In this document: piece after piece, positions 18,865-28,678 of the stretch | Numbering within the stretch: the first letter of the stretch is position 1 | How the letters are laid out: each line of letters opens with the position of its first letter | From: Armatimonadota bacterium | GTDB taxonomy: Bacteria; Armatimonadota; UBA10988 | Length of the DNA stretch: 51,475 nt | NCBI GenBank assembly: GCA_016235455.1 | Contig: JACRKZ010000045.1 | Span: 2,807 to 54,281 of the forward strand | Direction of reading: 5' to 3' | Notes under the pieces: model-generated | What the model was told of the DNA's origin: nothing | Database searches by the model: none | What the model saw: the letters and a program-made list of their open reading frames with translations, nothing else | Position numbers and translations under genes: made by a program

Positions 18865-21072
18865 ATGGACCGCACGCAATCCCTGTCTCTGCGCCGCATG
18901 CGCATGGTCATCGCGGCCATGGCGCTGATCTGGGCTGGCCGGCTGGCCTGGGTCCAAGTCATCGCGCGCGATCACTATCTCAACCCGACCAACATCGACT
19001 ACAGCCCGCGCACCATTCTGCCCGCGGCCAAGGGCGAACTGCACGACCGCAACGGCAAAGTGCTGGCGCGCTGCGTCGATAGCGCCTCGGTGGTGGCCAA
19101 CCCGCAACTCATCGCCGACCCGGCCCAGGTGGCGGGTCGCCTGGCGTCGATCATCGACGAGCCGGTCGACACGCTCATCCGGCTTCTGTCCAAGCGCTAC
19201 CGCCGCGTGCTGCTGCGCGCCAACGTGCCCGACGATGTCGTCGCCACGCTCCGCGGGCTCGTCGACAAGGGCATCGTGACACTGGGCCAGGCCACGGCCG
19301 AGCCGGCCTGGACCATCACCGCCAGGCCACGCGAGGTGAAGGCCACGCCCGAACAGCGGCAGGACCTGGCTGTGCTGTTGGGCCTGCCGGTGACCGAACT
19401 GGATGCCACGCTGGCCCAGCCGGCCACCGCGCTGCGGCTGGCCGAACTGGCCGACGCCGCCACCGCCGAGCAGGTGGCGCGCATGAACCTGGACGGCATC
19501 AAGGCCGAGAAGACCGCCTCGGCGCCGTCGCGCGCGGCCTACCTGGAGCCGGTGGCCGCGGCCTTCGAGCTCAAGCTGGCCGACGGCGAGACGGTGCGTC
19601 AGCCGGTCATCAGGCCCGAGGTGTGGGCTGCACTGGCGCCGTTGTGGCGTGGCGTCAAGGCACCCGCCGCGGACGAACTGGCCAGGCGTCTCAAGGTGCA
19701 CTACGTCGCGCTCCGGCGCCAGTTGCCCGTGGCCCTGGGCGATGCGCTGCGCGCCCAGATCGACGCCGAGCATATCCCTGGCGTGCGCGTCGACCGCGAG
19801 ATGGCCCGCGAGTACCCGCAAGGCGGGCTGGCGCGCACGATGTTGGGCAAGGTGGACCGCGAGGAGCGCGGCACCGGCGGGCTGGAGCAGGCGCTCAACC
19901 AGCGGCTGACCGGCACCAGCGGCTGGATGGAAGTCACCGTCGACGGTCGCGGCCGGCCGATCCTGCAGGAGCGCGCCGAGCGCCACGAGCCGGTGCATGG
20001 CCGCAACATCGAGCTCACCGTCGATGCCACCATCCAGAGCTACGCCGAGGAGGCGGTGCGCAACGCCGTCAGCGATTTTGACGCCGACTGGGGGCTGGCC
20101 GTGGTGGCCGATCCGTTCACCGGCGAGATCCTGGCCATGGCCGACGTGTCCAACGCCAAACGCGGCATCGATGACATGTGGCGCTCGCTGAGCTTGGCCT
20201 ACGAGCCCGGCTCGGTGATGAAGCCGATCGTTGTGGCGAGCGCGCTGCAGACTGGCTCCACCAGCCCGGACGAGAGCTTCTACTGCCCCGGCACGATGAG
20301 GGTTGGCGGACGGCTCCTGACCTGCATCAAGCACCATGGCGCCGAGACGGTGCATGGCGCGGTGCGGGACAGCTGCAACATGGTCATGCTTCAGCTCTCG
20401 CAGCGTCTGGGCCAGGAGCGACTGGAGCCGATGTTCCGCTCGTTCGGCCTGTTCGAGCGCAGCGGGCTGGCGCTGGTCAGCCAGGAGGCCAAGGGCGGCA
20501 TCTACTGCGGCAACGCCGCGGGACGCTGGGGCGTGCAGAAGACGGCCACCGTCAGCTATGGCAAGGGCGTGCAGGTGTCCGCCGTGGCCATGCTGCGGGG
20601 TTACAGCGCCATCATCAACGGCGGCACGCTGCCCAACATGCACCTGATTCGCCGGTTGGTCGACCAGCAAGGCCGTGTGGTGGCCGAGTCGCCGACCAGT
20701 GGGGGCCGGCACCTGCTGGGGCCCGACGCCGCGGCCGCGGTGCGTCACATGATGCGCGACGTCATCGCCGACCCCAAGGGCACCGGCCACGACGCTGTCA
20801 GCCGGCTGTACAACCTGGCCGGCAAGACGGGCACCTCGGTGGCCTACGGCACGGGCGACAAGCGCATCGTCTCGATGGCCGGCTACGGGCCCTATGAGCA
20901 GCCGCGGCTGGTGACCCTGGTCTCAGTCTGTGAGCCGCGCGTGGGCAATCGCTGGGGTGGCGGCACCTGCGGCGGGGCCATGCGCAGCATCCTCGAGCGT
21001 AGCCTGCAGTACATGGGTGTGCCCGCGCTGGCGGGTTCGAGCGAGGACCAGAAGAAGGACAAGCAGCAATGA
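18865..21072 (+). CDS. ftsI: Class B penicillin-binding protein (FtsI-like) with expanded pedestal
   Basis: N-terminal TM, KGELHDRNG, REYPQG, GLE, EPGSVMK (SxxK), SCN (SxN), KTGT. Confidence 0.9.
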   Translation: MDRTQSLSLRRMRMVIAAMALIWAGRLAWVQVIARDHYLNPTNIDYSPRTILPAAKGELHDRNGKVLARCVDSASVVANPQLIADPAQVAGRLASIIDEPVDTLIRLLSKRYRRVLLRANVPDDVVATLRGLVDKGIVTLGQATAEPAWTITARPREVKATPEQRQDLAVLLGLPVTELDATLAQPATALRLAELADAATAEQVARMNLDGIKAEKTASAPSRAAYLEPVAAAFELKLADGETVRQPVIRPEVWAALAPLWRGVKAPAADELARRLKVHYVALRRQLPVALGDALRAQIDAEHIPGVRVDREMAREYPQGGLARTMLGKVDREERGTGGLEQALNQRLTGTSGWMEVTVDGRGRPILQERAERHEPVHGRNIELTVDATIQSYAEEAVRNAVSDFDADWGLAVVADPFTGEILAMADVSNAKRGIDDMWRSLSLAYEPGSVMKPIVVASALQTGSTSPDESFYCPGTMRVGGRLLTCIKHHGAETVHGAVRDSCNMVMLQLSQRLGQERLEPMFRSFGLFERSGLALVSQEAKGGIYCGNAAGRWGVQKTATVSYGKGVQVSAVAMLRGYSAIINGGTLPNMHLIRRLVDQQGRVVAESPTSGGRHLLGPDAAAAVRHMMRDVIADPKGTGHDAVSRLYNLAGKTGTSVAYGTGDKRIVSMAGYGPYEQPRLVTLVSVCEPRVGNRWGGGTCGGAMRSILERSLQYMGVPALAGSSEDQKKDKQQ

Positions 21073-22544
21073 CCCTGGGCGACCTGATGGCGGGCCTGGC
21101 GCCCGTGGACGCGGCGTGGGCGTCGGTCAGCATTGCCGGTGTCGCTTCGGACTCGCGCCGCGTGCAGCCGGGCATGGTGTTCGTCGCGCTGCCCTACATG
21201 GACCGCGCGGGCTTCCGCTTCGACGGCCATGACTTCGTGGCCGCCGCAGTGGCCGCGGGCGCGTCGGCCGTGGTGGCCAATCGGCCGCTGCCCGAGCCGG
21301 GCGTGCCCGTTGTCGTCGTCCCCGACACGCGCTACCTGCTGTCGCGACTGGCGGGTCGGTTCTACGGTCAGCCGAGCGACGAACTGACGCTGGTGGCCTG
21401 CACCGGCACCAACGGCAAGACGACCTCGACCTACCTGCTGGAGGCGATCTGGGCCGAGTTGGGCCTGCCCTGCGCGGTGGTCGGCACCGTCGAGACGCGG
21501 CTTGGCGCCGAGCGGCGGCCGGCGGCCACGACGACGCCCGATCCGGTGACGTTGTGGGCGTTGTGGCGCGAATGCGTCGACCGCGGGATCGGCCAGGCGG
21601 TGATGGAGGTGAGTTCGCACGCCATCCACCAACACCGTGTCGGCGGCATGAAGTTCGATGCCGCGCTGTTCTGCAACCTGACCCAGGACCATCTCGACTA
21701 CCACGTCGACATGGAGGAGTACTTCGAGGCCAAGGCCAAGCTGTTCGCCGCCGACGAGGACGGGCATCAACCGATCGCCGTCATCAACGGCGACGATGCC
21801 TACGGCCAACGGCTGCTGGCGCGCGACCTGCGCTCGCCGTTGTCGTTCGGGTTCGGCGCTGGCCATGCCATCCGCGCGCTGGCGCCGGTCTACAGTTCGC
21901 GCGGCACCGGGTTCGACGTGGTGACGCCCGCCGGCTCCTGGCACCAGACGCTGCTGACGCTGGGCGACTACAACGTCATGAACGCCCTGGGCGTGATCGG
22001 CCTGGCGCTGGCGCTCAAACTGCCCGTGGAGGCCATCCGCTCTGGCCTGGCCGGCACGCACGGCGCGCCCGGCCGCCTCGAGCAAGTGCTGGCTGGCCAG
22101 CCTTACGCGATCCTGGTGGACTACGCCCATTCGCCCGATGGTGTGGCCAAGGCCACCGCCGCGATGCGCGGCCTGACCGAGGGTCGGCTGATCACCGTGT
22201 TCGGCTGCGGGGGCGACCGCGACCGCGGCAAACGCCCGCAGATGGGGCGCCTGGCCGCCGAGACGAGCGACATCACCGTGGTCACCTCGGACAACCCACG
22301 CACCGAGGACCCCCAGGCCATCGTCAACGACATCCTGGCCGGCATCGACGCGGAGAGCACCGAACTGCACATCGAGGTGGATCGTCATGCGGCCATCGGT
22401 CTGGCGTTGAGCCTGGCGCGGGCGGGCGATGTGGTGCTCATCCTGGGCAAGGGCCACGAAGACTACCAGATTGTGGGCACAGAGAAGCACCACTTCGACG
22501 ACCGCGAGACCGCGCGCGAGTGGGTGGGGAGGCTGGCGCAATGA
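21069..22544 (+). CDS. murE: UDP-MurNAc-dipeptide--meso-DAP ligase
   Basis: TGTNGKTT, MEVSSH, NLTQDHLDYH, DYAHSPD, FGCGGDRD, DNPR (DAP specificity), GKGHE. Confidence 0.96.
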   Translation: MTLGDLMAGLAPVDAAWASVSIAGVASDSRRVQPGMVFVALPYMDRAGFRFDGHDFVAAAVAAGASAVVANRPLPEPGVPVVVVPDTRYLLSRLAGRFYGQPSDELTLVACTGTNGKTTSTYLLEAIWAELGLPCAVVGTVETRLGAERRPAATTTPDPVTLWALWRECVDRGIGQAVMEVSSHAIHQHRVGGMKFDAALFCNLTQDHLDYHVDMEEYFEAKAKLFAADEDGHQPIAVINGDDAYGQRLLARDLRSPLSFGFGAGHAIRALAPVYSSRGTGFDVVTPAGSWHQTLLTLGDYNVMNALGVIGLALALKLPVEAIRSGLAGTHGAPGRLEQVLAGQPYAILVDYAHSPDGVAKATAAMRGLTEGRLITVFGCGGDRDRGKRPQMGRLAAETSDITVVTSDNPRTEDPQAIVNDILAGIDAESTELHIEVDRHAAIGLALSLARAGDVVLILGKGHEDYQIVGTEKHHFDDRETAREWVGRLAQ

Positions 22545-23908
22545 TCGGCACGACCGCCCAACTCGCGGAGCAGATCGGCGCTGAGTTGATCGGCGCGGGC
22601 GACATCGGCATCGAGCGCGCCATCACCGATTCCCGTCTGGCCGGGCCTGGCGCGCTGTTCGTGGCGCTGGCCGGCGAGCGCTTCGACGGGCACGATTTCG
22701 TCGAGCAGGCTTGGGCCGCCGGCGCGAGCGCCGTGCTGGCCAGCCGGCCGGTGGCGTGCCGCACAGGCGGTGCGGTGCTGGTGGTGGAGGATACGCTGCT
22801 GGCCTTTGGGCGGCTGGGTGCAGCCTGGCGCGAACACTTCGCCGACCTGCTCATGGTCGCCATCACCGGCTCTTTGGGCAAGACATCCAGCAAGGAGCTG
22901 ACCTGGCAGGTGCTGAGCCAGCGCGGCGCCACGCTGCGCAGCGCCAGCAGCTTCAACAACGAGATCGGCGTGCCGACCACGCTGCTTAACCTGACCAGCG
23001 CGCACTGGGCCGCGGTGCAGGAGATGGGCATGCGCGGGCTGGGTCAGATCGCCTATCTGGCCGCCATGGTGCGGCCGAGCATCGGCGTCATCACCAACAT
23101 CGGCCATTCCCACCTGGGCGTGTTGGGCTCGCGCCAGGCCATCGCTCAGGCCAAAGGCGAACTCCTCGACGCCCTCGGGCCAGACGGCATTGCCGTGCTC
23201 AACGCCGACGACGATCATCTGCCGGGTGTGTCCAAGCGTCATGACGGCCGCATCGTCTGGTACGGCCAGTCGCGCGGCGCCGAGGTGCGCGCCGAGGCGG
23301 TGCAGGTGCTGGGCCTGGCCGGCACGCGGTTCGATTTGTGTCTGCCCGATGAGCGTGTGGCCATCGAGGCGCCCATCGTCGGTGCGCACATGGTGTCCAA
23401 CGCCCTGGCGGCGGCGGCCGTCGGCCATGCGGCCGGGCTGAGTGCCGCCGAGATCGCTGCCGGGCTGTCACTGGTGCCCGACCTGAAGCTGCGCGGTGAG
23501 CTGGTGCGACTGGCCAACGGCGCGCGGGTCATCAACGACGCCTACAACGCCGCCCCGGAGTCGGTGCGCGCGGCGCTGGCGGTGCTGGCGGCCGAGCCGA
23601 CGACCGGTCGCCGTATCGCCGTGCTGGGCGGCATTGCCGAACTGGGCGACACCACGACGGTGGAGCACATGCGCCTGGGCCGCGACGCCGCCGGACTGGT
23701 GGACATCATGGTTGGCGTCGGCCCCGAAGGCGCGGAGATCGTGTCTGGCGCGGAGCGTGGCGCGGCCAGGACGGTGGTCGTGGAGGATGTGGAGGCGGCG
23801 GGCGCCTGGCTGGCCGCGACGCTGCGCGCGGGTGACCTGGCGCTGCTCAAGGCGTCGCGCGCCTATGGCTTGGAACGGGCCCTCGACGGCCTGGAGGTGG
23901 CGCGATGA
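22541..23908 (+). CDS. murF: UDP-MurNAc-tripeptide--D-Ala-D-Ala ligase
   Basis: ITGSLGKTSSKE, NNEIGVP, EMGM, NDAYNA, LLKASR; ATG at 22541 overlaps the murE stop. Confidence 0.95.
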   Translation: MIGTTAQLAEQIGAELIGAGDIGIERAITDSRLAGPGALFVALAGERFDGHDFVEQAWAAGASAVLASRPVACRTGGAVLVVEDTLLAFGRLGAAWREHFADLLMVAITGSLGKTSSKELTWQVLSQRGATLRSASSFNNEIGVPTTLLNLTSAHWAAVQEMGMRGLGQIAYLAAMVRPSIGVITNIGHSHLGVLGSRQAIAQAKGELLDALGPDGIAVLNADDDHLPGVSKRHDGRIVWYGQSRGAEVRAEAVQVLGLAGTRFDLCLPDERVAIEAPIVGAHMVSNALAAAAVGHAAGLSAAEIAAGLSLVPDLKLRGELVRLANGARVINDAYNAAPESVRAALAVLAAEPTTGRRIAVLGGIAELGDTTTVEHMRLGRDAAGLVDIMVGVGPEGAEIVSGAERGAARTVVVEDVEAAGAWLAATLRAGDLALLKASRAYGLERALDGLEVAR

Positions 23909-25131
23909 AGCGACCGGGTCCTGACTACTGGCTGTTCGCCGTGGTCGTGGCGCTGACCACCATTGGCGTGGTTGCCGTCTACAGCGCCTCCTATCCGCGC
24001 GCCGCCGCGCGCAGCGCCGAGCAACTCAAGCTCGACCAGATCGATCCCGGCGCGACCAGTGCCGTACAACTGCTGGCCGACGCCACCGCGCGCAAACAGA
24101 TGTCCTTCATGCTCAAGCATGCCGGGTTCGCCGGCATCGGCCTGCTATGCCTGGGCCTGGCCATGGTCATGCCACTCGAGGTGTTACGCGCGCGGCGCCT
24201 GGTGCGGCTGGCCATGGGCGTCACGCTGGGGCTGCTGGCGCTCACCTACACGGCGCTCGGCGTGTCCAACCAGACCTTTGCGCACCGCTGGGTCAATCTC
24301 TTCGGGTTCACCATCCAGCCCAGCGAACTCGCCAAGGTGACTGTGGCGCTGTACCTGGCCAGCACGATGGACCGCTCGCCGCGGCGGCTCAACGACCTGC
24401 ACTGGCTCTGGCGACCGGCCCTGACCGTGCTGGCCGCGGTGGCCCTGACGCTGCGACAGCCGCACCTGGGCGGAGCCATCATGCTGGCCGGCATCACCTG
24501 CGCGGTGCTCTGGGCGGCCGGCCTGTCGCGCCGCAACTGGGCCTTGCTCGCCATCCTGGCGGTGGCGGCGGTGACCGCGTCGGTGGTCAAGGAGCCGTAC
24601 CAGTTGGCGCGACTGACGTCGTTCCTCGATCCGCTGCACGCCGAACAGCGCGAGGGCATGCACATCATCCGCTGCGGCACGGCGTTGTCGCGTGGCGGCT
24701 GGTCGGGCCGCGGCATGGGCCGCAGCATCGAGAAGTTCGACTGGCTGCCCGAGTGCCACTCCGACTCGATCCTGGCCGTGCTCGGCGAGGAGTTCGGGTT
24801 CCTGGGCACGCTGACCGTGCTGGCCCTGTTCGTCACCCTCGGCTGGCGGGGGCTACGCATCGCTCAAGCGCGGCAGGATCGCTTCGGCCGTCTGCTGGCC
24901 GTGGGCCTGACGGCCAGCCTGTTTGGCCAGGGCATGCTCAACATCGGCGTCACCAGCGGGCTGCTGCCCCAGACGGGCGTCGGACTGCCGTTCATCACCT
25001 ACGGCGGCACCTCGTTGGTGATCAGTCTGCTGACCGTGGGCCTGCTGCTCAACCTCAGCCGGGAGTCGGGGGCCGATGCGCGGAGCGGCGAAACCGAGGC
25101 GTATCTGGTAGGCTCCAAAGGTCTGAGGTAG
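23905..25131 (+). CDS. ftsW: SEDS peptidoglycan polymerase FtsW
   Basis: RW..FGFTIQPSELAK, LPECHSDSILAVLGEEFG, GVGLPFITYGGTS; multi-pass membrane protein. Confidence 0.92.
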   Translation: MKRPGPDYWLFAVVVALTTIGVVAVYSASYPRAAARSAEQLKLDQIDPGATSAVQLLADATARKQMSFMLKHAGFAGIGLLCLGLAMVMPLEVLRARRLVRLAMGVTLGLLALTYTALGVSNQTFAHRWVNLFGFTIQPSELAKVTVALYLASTMDRSPRRLNDLHWLWRPALTVLAAVALTLRQPHLGGAIMLAGITCAVLWAAGLSRRNWALLAILAVAAVTASVVKEPYQLARLTSFLDPLHAEQREGMHIIRCGTALSRGGWSGRGMGRSIEKFDWLPECHSDSILAVLGEEFGFLGTLTVLALFVTLGWRGLRIAQARQDRFGRLLAVGLTASLFGQGMLNIGVTSGLLPQTGVGLPFITYGGTSLVISLLTVGLLLNLSRESGADARSGETEAYLVGSKGLR

Positions 25132-25138
25132 TGGACTC

Positions 25139-26251
25139 GTGGCGGGGCAGCGCACTGGCACCGGGCAGGGATCGAGCGCGGCGGGCCAACGGGCCAGGCG
25201 CCGCCAGATCTCGCGTAGCCCGCGCGTGCTCGCCGCGCGGCTCTTCAAGCTCTTTGTCTGGCTCACCTTCGCCTCGATGGTGGCCGCGATAGCCATCGCC
25301 TGCAGTTGGTCGCGCATCCGGGTCATGCCCATCTTCCGCATCCAGGCCTTCAACATGGTCGGCTGCCCCGTGCCCGGCCAGCCCGAAATGCGCCGCTTGC
25401 TCGCGCCGTTCGTCGGGCGCTCCATCTTCGATGTGCCGGCGATTGCCACCAACCTGGACGCCAAGCTCAAGGCCGTGCCCGAATTGCGCAACGTTCGCTT
25501 CATCCGGCATTGGCCCAATGAGGTGGAGTTGCGCGTCAAGGGTCGCGAACCGGTGGCTGTGGCCAAGACCGGCGACACCTGGCTCAGCGTCGATTCCGAC
25601 GGCGTCGGCATGCGCTACTACCGGGTCCAGCCGAGTTGCCTGATGGCCGTGCAGGGCCTGGCCGCGACGATGGCCGACGGCAAGCCGACTGTCTCGCGCG
25701 AGCAGTTGGCGCTGACCGTGCAGGTGCGCGATGCCGCCAAGCATGTGCTCAAGGCCGAGCCGCGGTCCATCACGCTCGGCGACGGCGGCGCGGTGCTCGT
25801 GCGACTTAACAACGGCGACACCATCCGTCTGGGACAGGTGGACCAGTTGACGGCCAAGTTCCAGGTCTACAGCGCCATCCGCGCCAACCACAACCAGCCT
25901 GTGGCTTACGTCGACGTGAGCGACCCGGCCGTGCCCGCCATTCTGGCCGCGCCCAAGCCGCCGCCCCCCGCCCCGCGCGCGCCGACCCCGCCACCGGCCC
26001 CACCGGCCGAACGTCTCGAGAGCAAGGCCGTCACGCCGGCGGCCAAGACCGGCCACCTGCCCACCAAGCCCGCCAGCACGCCGAAGCCGAGCGCTGCCAA
26101 GCCCGCCAGCACGCCGAAGACGAGCGCCGCCAAGCCCGCCAGCACGCACAAGCCGGCCAAGAGCACGGCCAAGGCGGCCCCGCACGTTGCCAAGCCCACC
26201 AAGGGTGCCGCGGCGCGCCCGGCGCCTCGGAAGGAAACCAAGGGGCGGTAG
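25139..26251 (+). CDS. ftsQ: FtsQ/DivIB-like protein with Pro/Lys/Ala-rich C-terminal tail
   Basis: TM segment, POTRA-like region (RHWPNEVELRVKGREPVA), YVDVSDP end motif, low-complexity tail. Confidence 0.8.
   Translation: MAGQRTGTGQGSSAAGQRARRRQISRSPRVLAARLFKLFVWLTFASMVAAIAIACSWSRIRVMPIFRIQAFNMVGCPVPGQPEMRRLLAPFVGRSIFDVPAIATNLDAKLKAVPELRNVRFIRHWPNEVELRVKGREPVAVAKTGDTWLSVDSDGVGMRYYRVQPSCLMAVQGLAATMADGKPTVSREQLALTVQVRDAAKHVLKAEPRSITLGDGGAVLVRLNNGDTIRLGQVDQLTAKFQVYSAIRANHNQPVAYVDVSDPAVPAILAAPKPPPPAPRAPTPPPAPPAERLESKAVTPAAKTGHLPTKPASTPKPSAAKPASTPKTSAAKPASTHKPAKSTAKAAPHVAKPTKGAAARPAPRKETKGR
26064..26153 (+). repeat. 33-bp tandem repeat, about 3 copies, encoding KPASTPK-x-SAA
   Basis: CCAAGCCCGCCAGCACG starts at 26064, 26097 and 26130. 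Confidence 0.85.
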
Positions 26252-26275
26252 CCAAGACAGCGCGCGGAGACCACC

Positions 26276-28603
26276 ATGGGGCTCGGCTGGCTGCTGCTCT
26301 CGTACCTGGCCGTGGGTGCGCCCGACATCGTCGTGGCGCCTGATGGCAACGACCTGGGACCGGGCACCGCCCAGGATCCCTTCGCCACACCGGCCCGCGC
26401 TCAACTCGCCGCGCGCGAGCGCCTGGCGCGGCAGCCCGCGGTCGAGGTGACCGTCGAACTGCGCGCCGGTACCTACGCCCTGGCTGAGCCGCTACGCTGT
26501 ACGGCCGCCGACAACCGCACCACCTGGGCCGCCGCCGCCGGCGCGCGGGTGGTGTTCAGCGGTGGCCGCCGCATCGCCGGCTGGCGCCGCGGCGAGGGTG
26601 GGGTATGGTCGGCGCCCGTGCCCAAGGGCTGGGCCTTTCGCCAGTTGGTCGTCAACGGCACGCCGGCACAGCGGGCGCAGTACCCCAACACGGGTTGGCT
26701 GCGCTTGCGCGCCGCAACGCTGAGCGAAGACCGCGCCAGCTACACCGTGGATCTGGCGCCCGGCGAGGTCAAGCGCTGGCCCGGCTGGCAGGAGGCCGAG
26801 TTGGTGGCCTGCGGCAACTGGGAGATCAACCGCAAGCGCCTGTCCGCCATCGACGAGGCCACCGGTCGCGTCACGCTGCTGCCGCCGCACTCGGGCGGAC
26901 ACGATGCGCTGCGGCCTGGGCCTGGTCGACCGTGCCGCTTCGAGGGCGCCGTCTCGTTTGTCGACCAGCCGGGCGAATGGGCGGCGGATCCCGCGGCGGG
27001 CCAGGTCAGCTACCTGCCGCGCCCAGGCGAGGACCTGACCACGGCCGAGGTCATCGCGCCGCGGCTGACGCGGCTGGTCGAGCTCAACGGCACCAAGGAG
27101 GCGCCGGTCCGTCTGCTGCGCTTTTCGGGCATCACCTTCGCTCACGCCGACTGGGCCTTCCCCGAGTATGGGTTCAGCGGCATCCAGGCCGGCTGGCACA
27201 CCTGGCCCGCACCGGGCCAGAAGGGCTGGGCCTGGGACCAGTGGAAGTGTATCGAGCCGGCGGTCAGCGCCGAGTATGCCGAGGACTGCTCGTTCCGCGA
27301 CGGCGCCTTCCTGTGGCTGGGCGGCGTGGCGGTGCGGCTGGGCCGCGCCTGCCATGGCAGCGTGGTCGAGGGCAACCGCGTGCGCTGGGTGGGCAGCAAC
27401 GGCATCATGGTCGGCCACGACGCGTGGAACGCGGACTCGCCCGACGACGTACCGCGCAACGTGCTGGTGGCCAACAACCACGTCTCCGAGTGCGGCCTGG
27501 CCGACTGGGGCGCGGTGGGTATCTGGGCCAGCTTCTGCGGCGGGCTCAAGGTCAGCCACAACCTGGTGCATGGCCTGCCCTACAGTGGCATCTCCGTGGG
27601 CTGGCAGTGGAACGACAAGCCGACGGGCGCGCGCAACAACATCGTGGAAGCCAATCACGTCTACGACGTGATGAACCGGCTGTGCGATGGCGGCTGCCTG
27701 TACACCCTCGGCCTGCAGCCGGGCTCGGAGGTGGTGGGCAACCTGTTCCACGACGCCCGCCGCAGCGACTTCGCTCAGGGCGCGCCGAACAACGGCATCT
27801 TCTTCGATGAGGGCAGCACCGGCTGGCATGTCGAGGGCAACCTCATCTACAACACCAGTGCCGAGCCGATCCGCTTCAATGCCAGCGGACACGACCGGAT
27901 GACCTGGGGTGAGAACACGCTGGGCATGACCCGCATGGCGCCCGGTCGGCGCGGGCTGGCGTTGGCCTGCGACGGCGCCGCCGGCCTGACCGAGCCGCAT
28001 CGCGACGCGCTGGAGCCGGCCAGCCTGACCGCCGAGGCCTGGGTCTGGGTCGACGCGCTGCCCGGCGGCGAGGACCCGCGACGCTGGATCGTGAGCAAGA
28101 ACGACAACGAGTGGGCCGACGGTCACTGGGCGCTCATGCTGCAGGACGACCGGGTCGGCGCCTACCTGAACATCGGCGGCGGCCAGGCCAACATGCTCGA
28201 CGCCTGGAGCCAGGCTGGGCTGCTGAAGACAGGTGTGTGGCAGCACTTGGCCCTGACCTACGACGCCAAGGATCTGTTGGTCTACCTGGATGGCGCGGAG
28301 GTGGCGCGCGGGGCCATCGGCAAGCCGCGCACCCAGGGCCGCGGACCGTTCGCCATCGGCGGCCGACCAGACCGCTACATCGGGTTGCACGGCCGCGTGG
28401 ACGAGGTGCGCGTCTACGGCGAGGCGTTGAGCGCGGCGCAGGTCCGCGCGCGCTATGTCGCGGCGGGCGCCGATGCGCCCGGCGACCGGCCGACGGTTGG
28501 GCGCTGGTCGTTCGACGAACAGGCCGATGCCGCCGCCAAACTGGCGGCCATGGAGCTGAGCGCGGGGCTGGAGCCACGCTATCGGGCCCGGCTGGGTGAC
28601 TGA
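26276..28603 (+). CDS. Secreted right-handed beta-helix (pectin lyase-like) protein with LamG domain
   Basis: VAPDGNDLGPGT..PFAT start, parallel beta-helix repeats, DGGCLYTLG, GIFFDEGS, LamG WQHLALTYD...DEVRVY. Confidence 0.8.
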   Translation: MGLGWLLLSYLAVGAPDIVVAPDGNDLGPGTAQDPFATPARAQLAARERLARQPAVEVTVELRAGTYALAEPLRCTAADNRTTWAAAAGARVVFSGGRRIAGWRRGEGGVWSAPVPKGWAFRQLVVNGTPAQRAQYPNTGWLRLRAATLSEDRASYTVDLAPGEVKRWPGWQEAELVACGNWEINRKRLSAIDEATGRVTLLPPHSGGHDALRPGPGRPCRFEGAVSFVDQPGEWAADPAAGQVSYLPRPGEDLTTAEVIAPRLTRLVELNGTKEAPVRLLRFSGITFAHADWAFPEYGFSGIQAGWHTWPAPGQKGWAWDQWKCIEPAVSAEYAEDCSFRDGAFLWLGGVAVRLGRACHGSVVEGNRVRWVGSNGIMVGHDAWNADSPDDVPRNVLVANNHVSECGLADWGAVGIWASFCGGLKVSHNLVHGLPYSGISVGWQWNDKPTGARNNIVEANHVYDVMNRLCDGGCLYTLGLQPGSEVVGNLFHDARRSDFAQGAPNNGIFFDEGSTGWHVEGNLIYNTSAEPIRFNASGHDRMTWGENTLGMTRMAPGRRGLALACDGAAGLTEPHRDALEPASLTAEAWVWVDALPGGEDPRRWIVSKNDNEWADGHWALMLQDDRVGAYLNIGGGQANMLDAWSQAGLLKTGVWQHLALTYDAKDLLVYLDGAEVARGAIGKPRTQGRGPFAIGGRPDRYIGLHGRVDEVRVYGEALSAAQVRARYVAAGADAPGDRPTVGRWSFDEQADAAAKLAAMELSAGLEPRYRARLGD

Positions 28604-28678
28604 CCCGCGCGAGGGCGGTTCCCGGTTGCCGCGGGGTGTGGTACCCTATTGGCTCACTGTAATGAACAGGTGGTCTCC

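Noticed and set aside
21554-22540. Apparent 784-aa MurF or MurE-MurF fusion
   Set aside because: The upstream part is an alternative frame over murE. MurF starts at 22541 with an ATGA overlap.
26064-26153. 33-bp repeats as a CRISPR array
   Set aside because: In-frame coding tandem repeats with no unique spacers and no cas genes.
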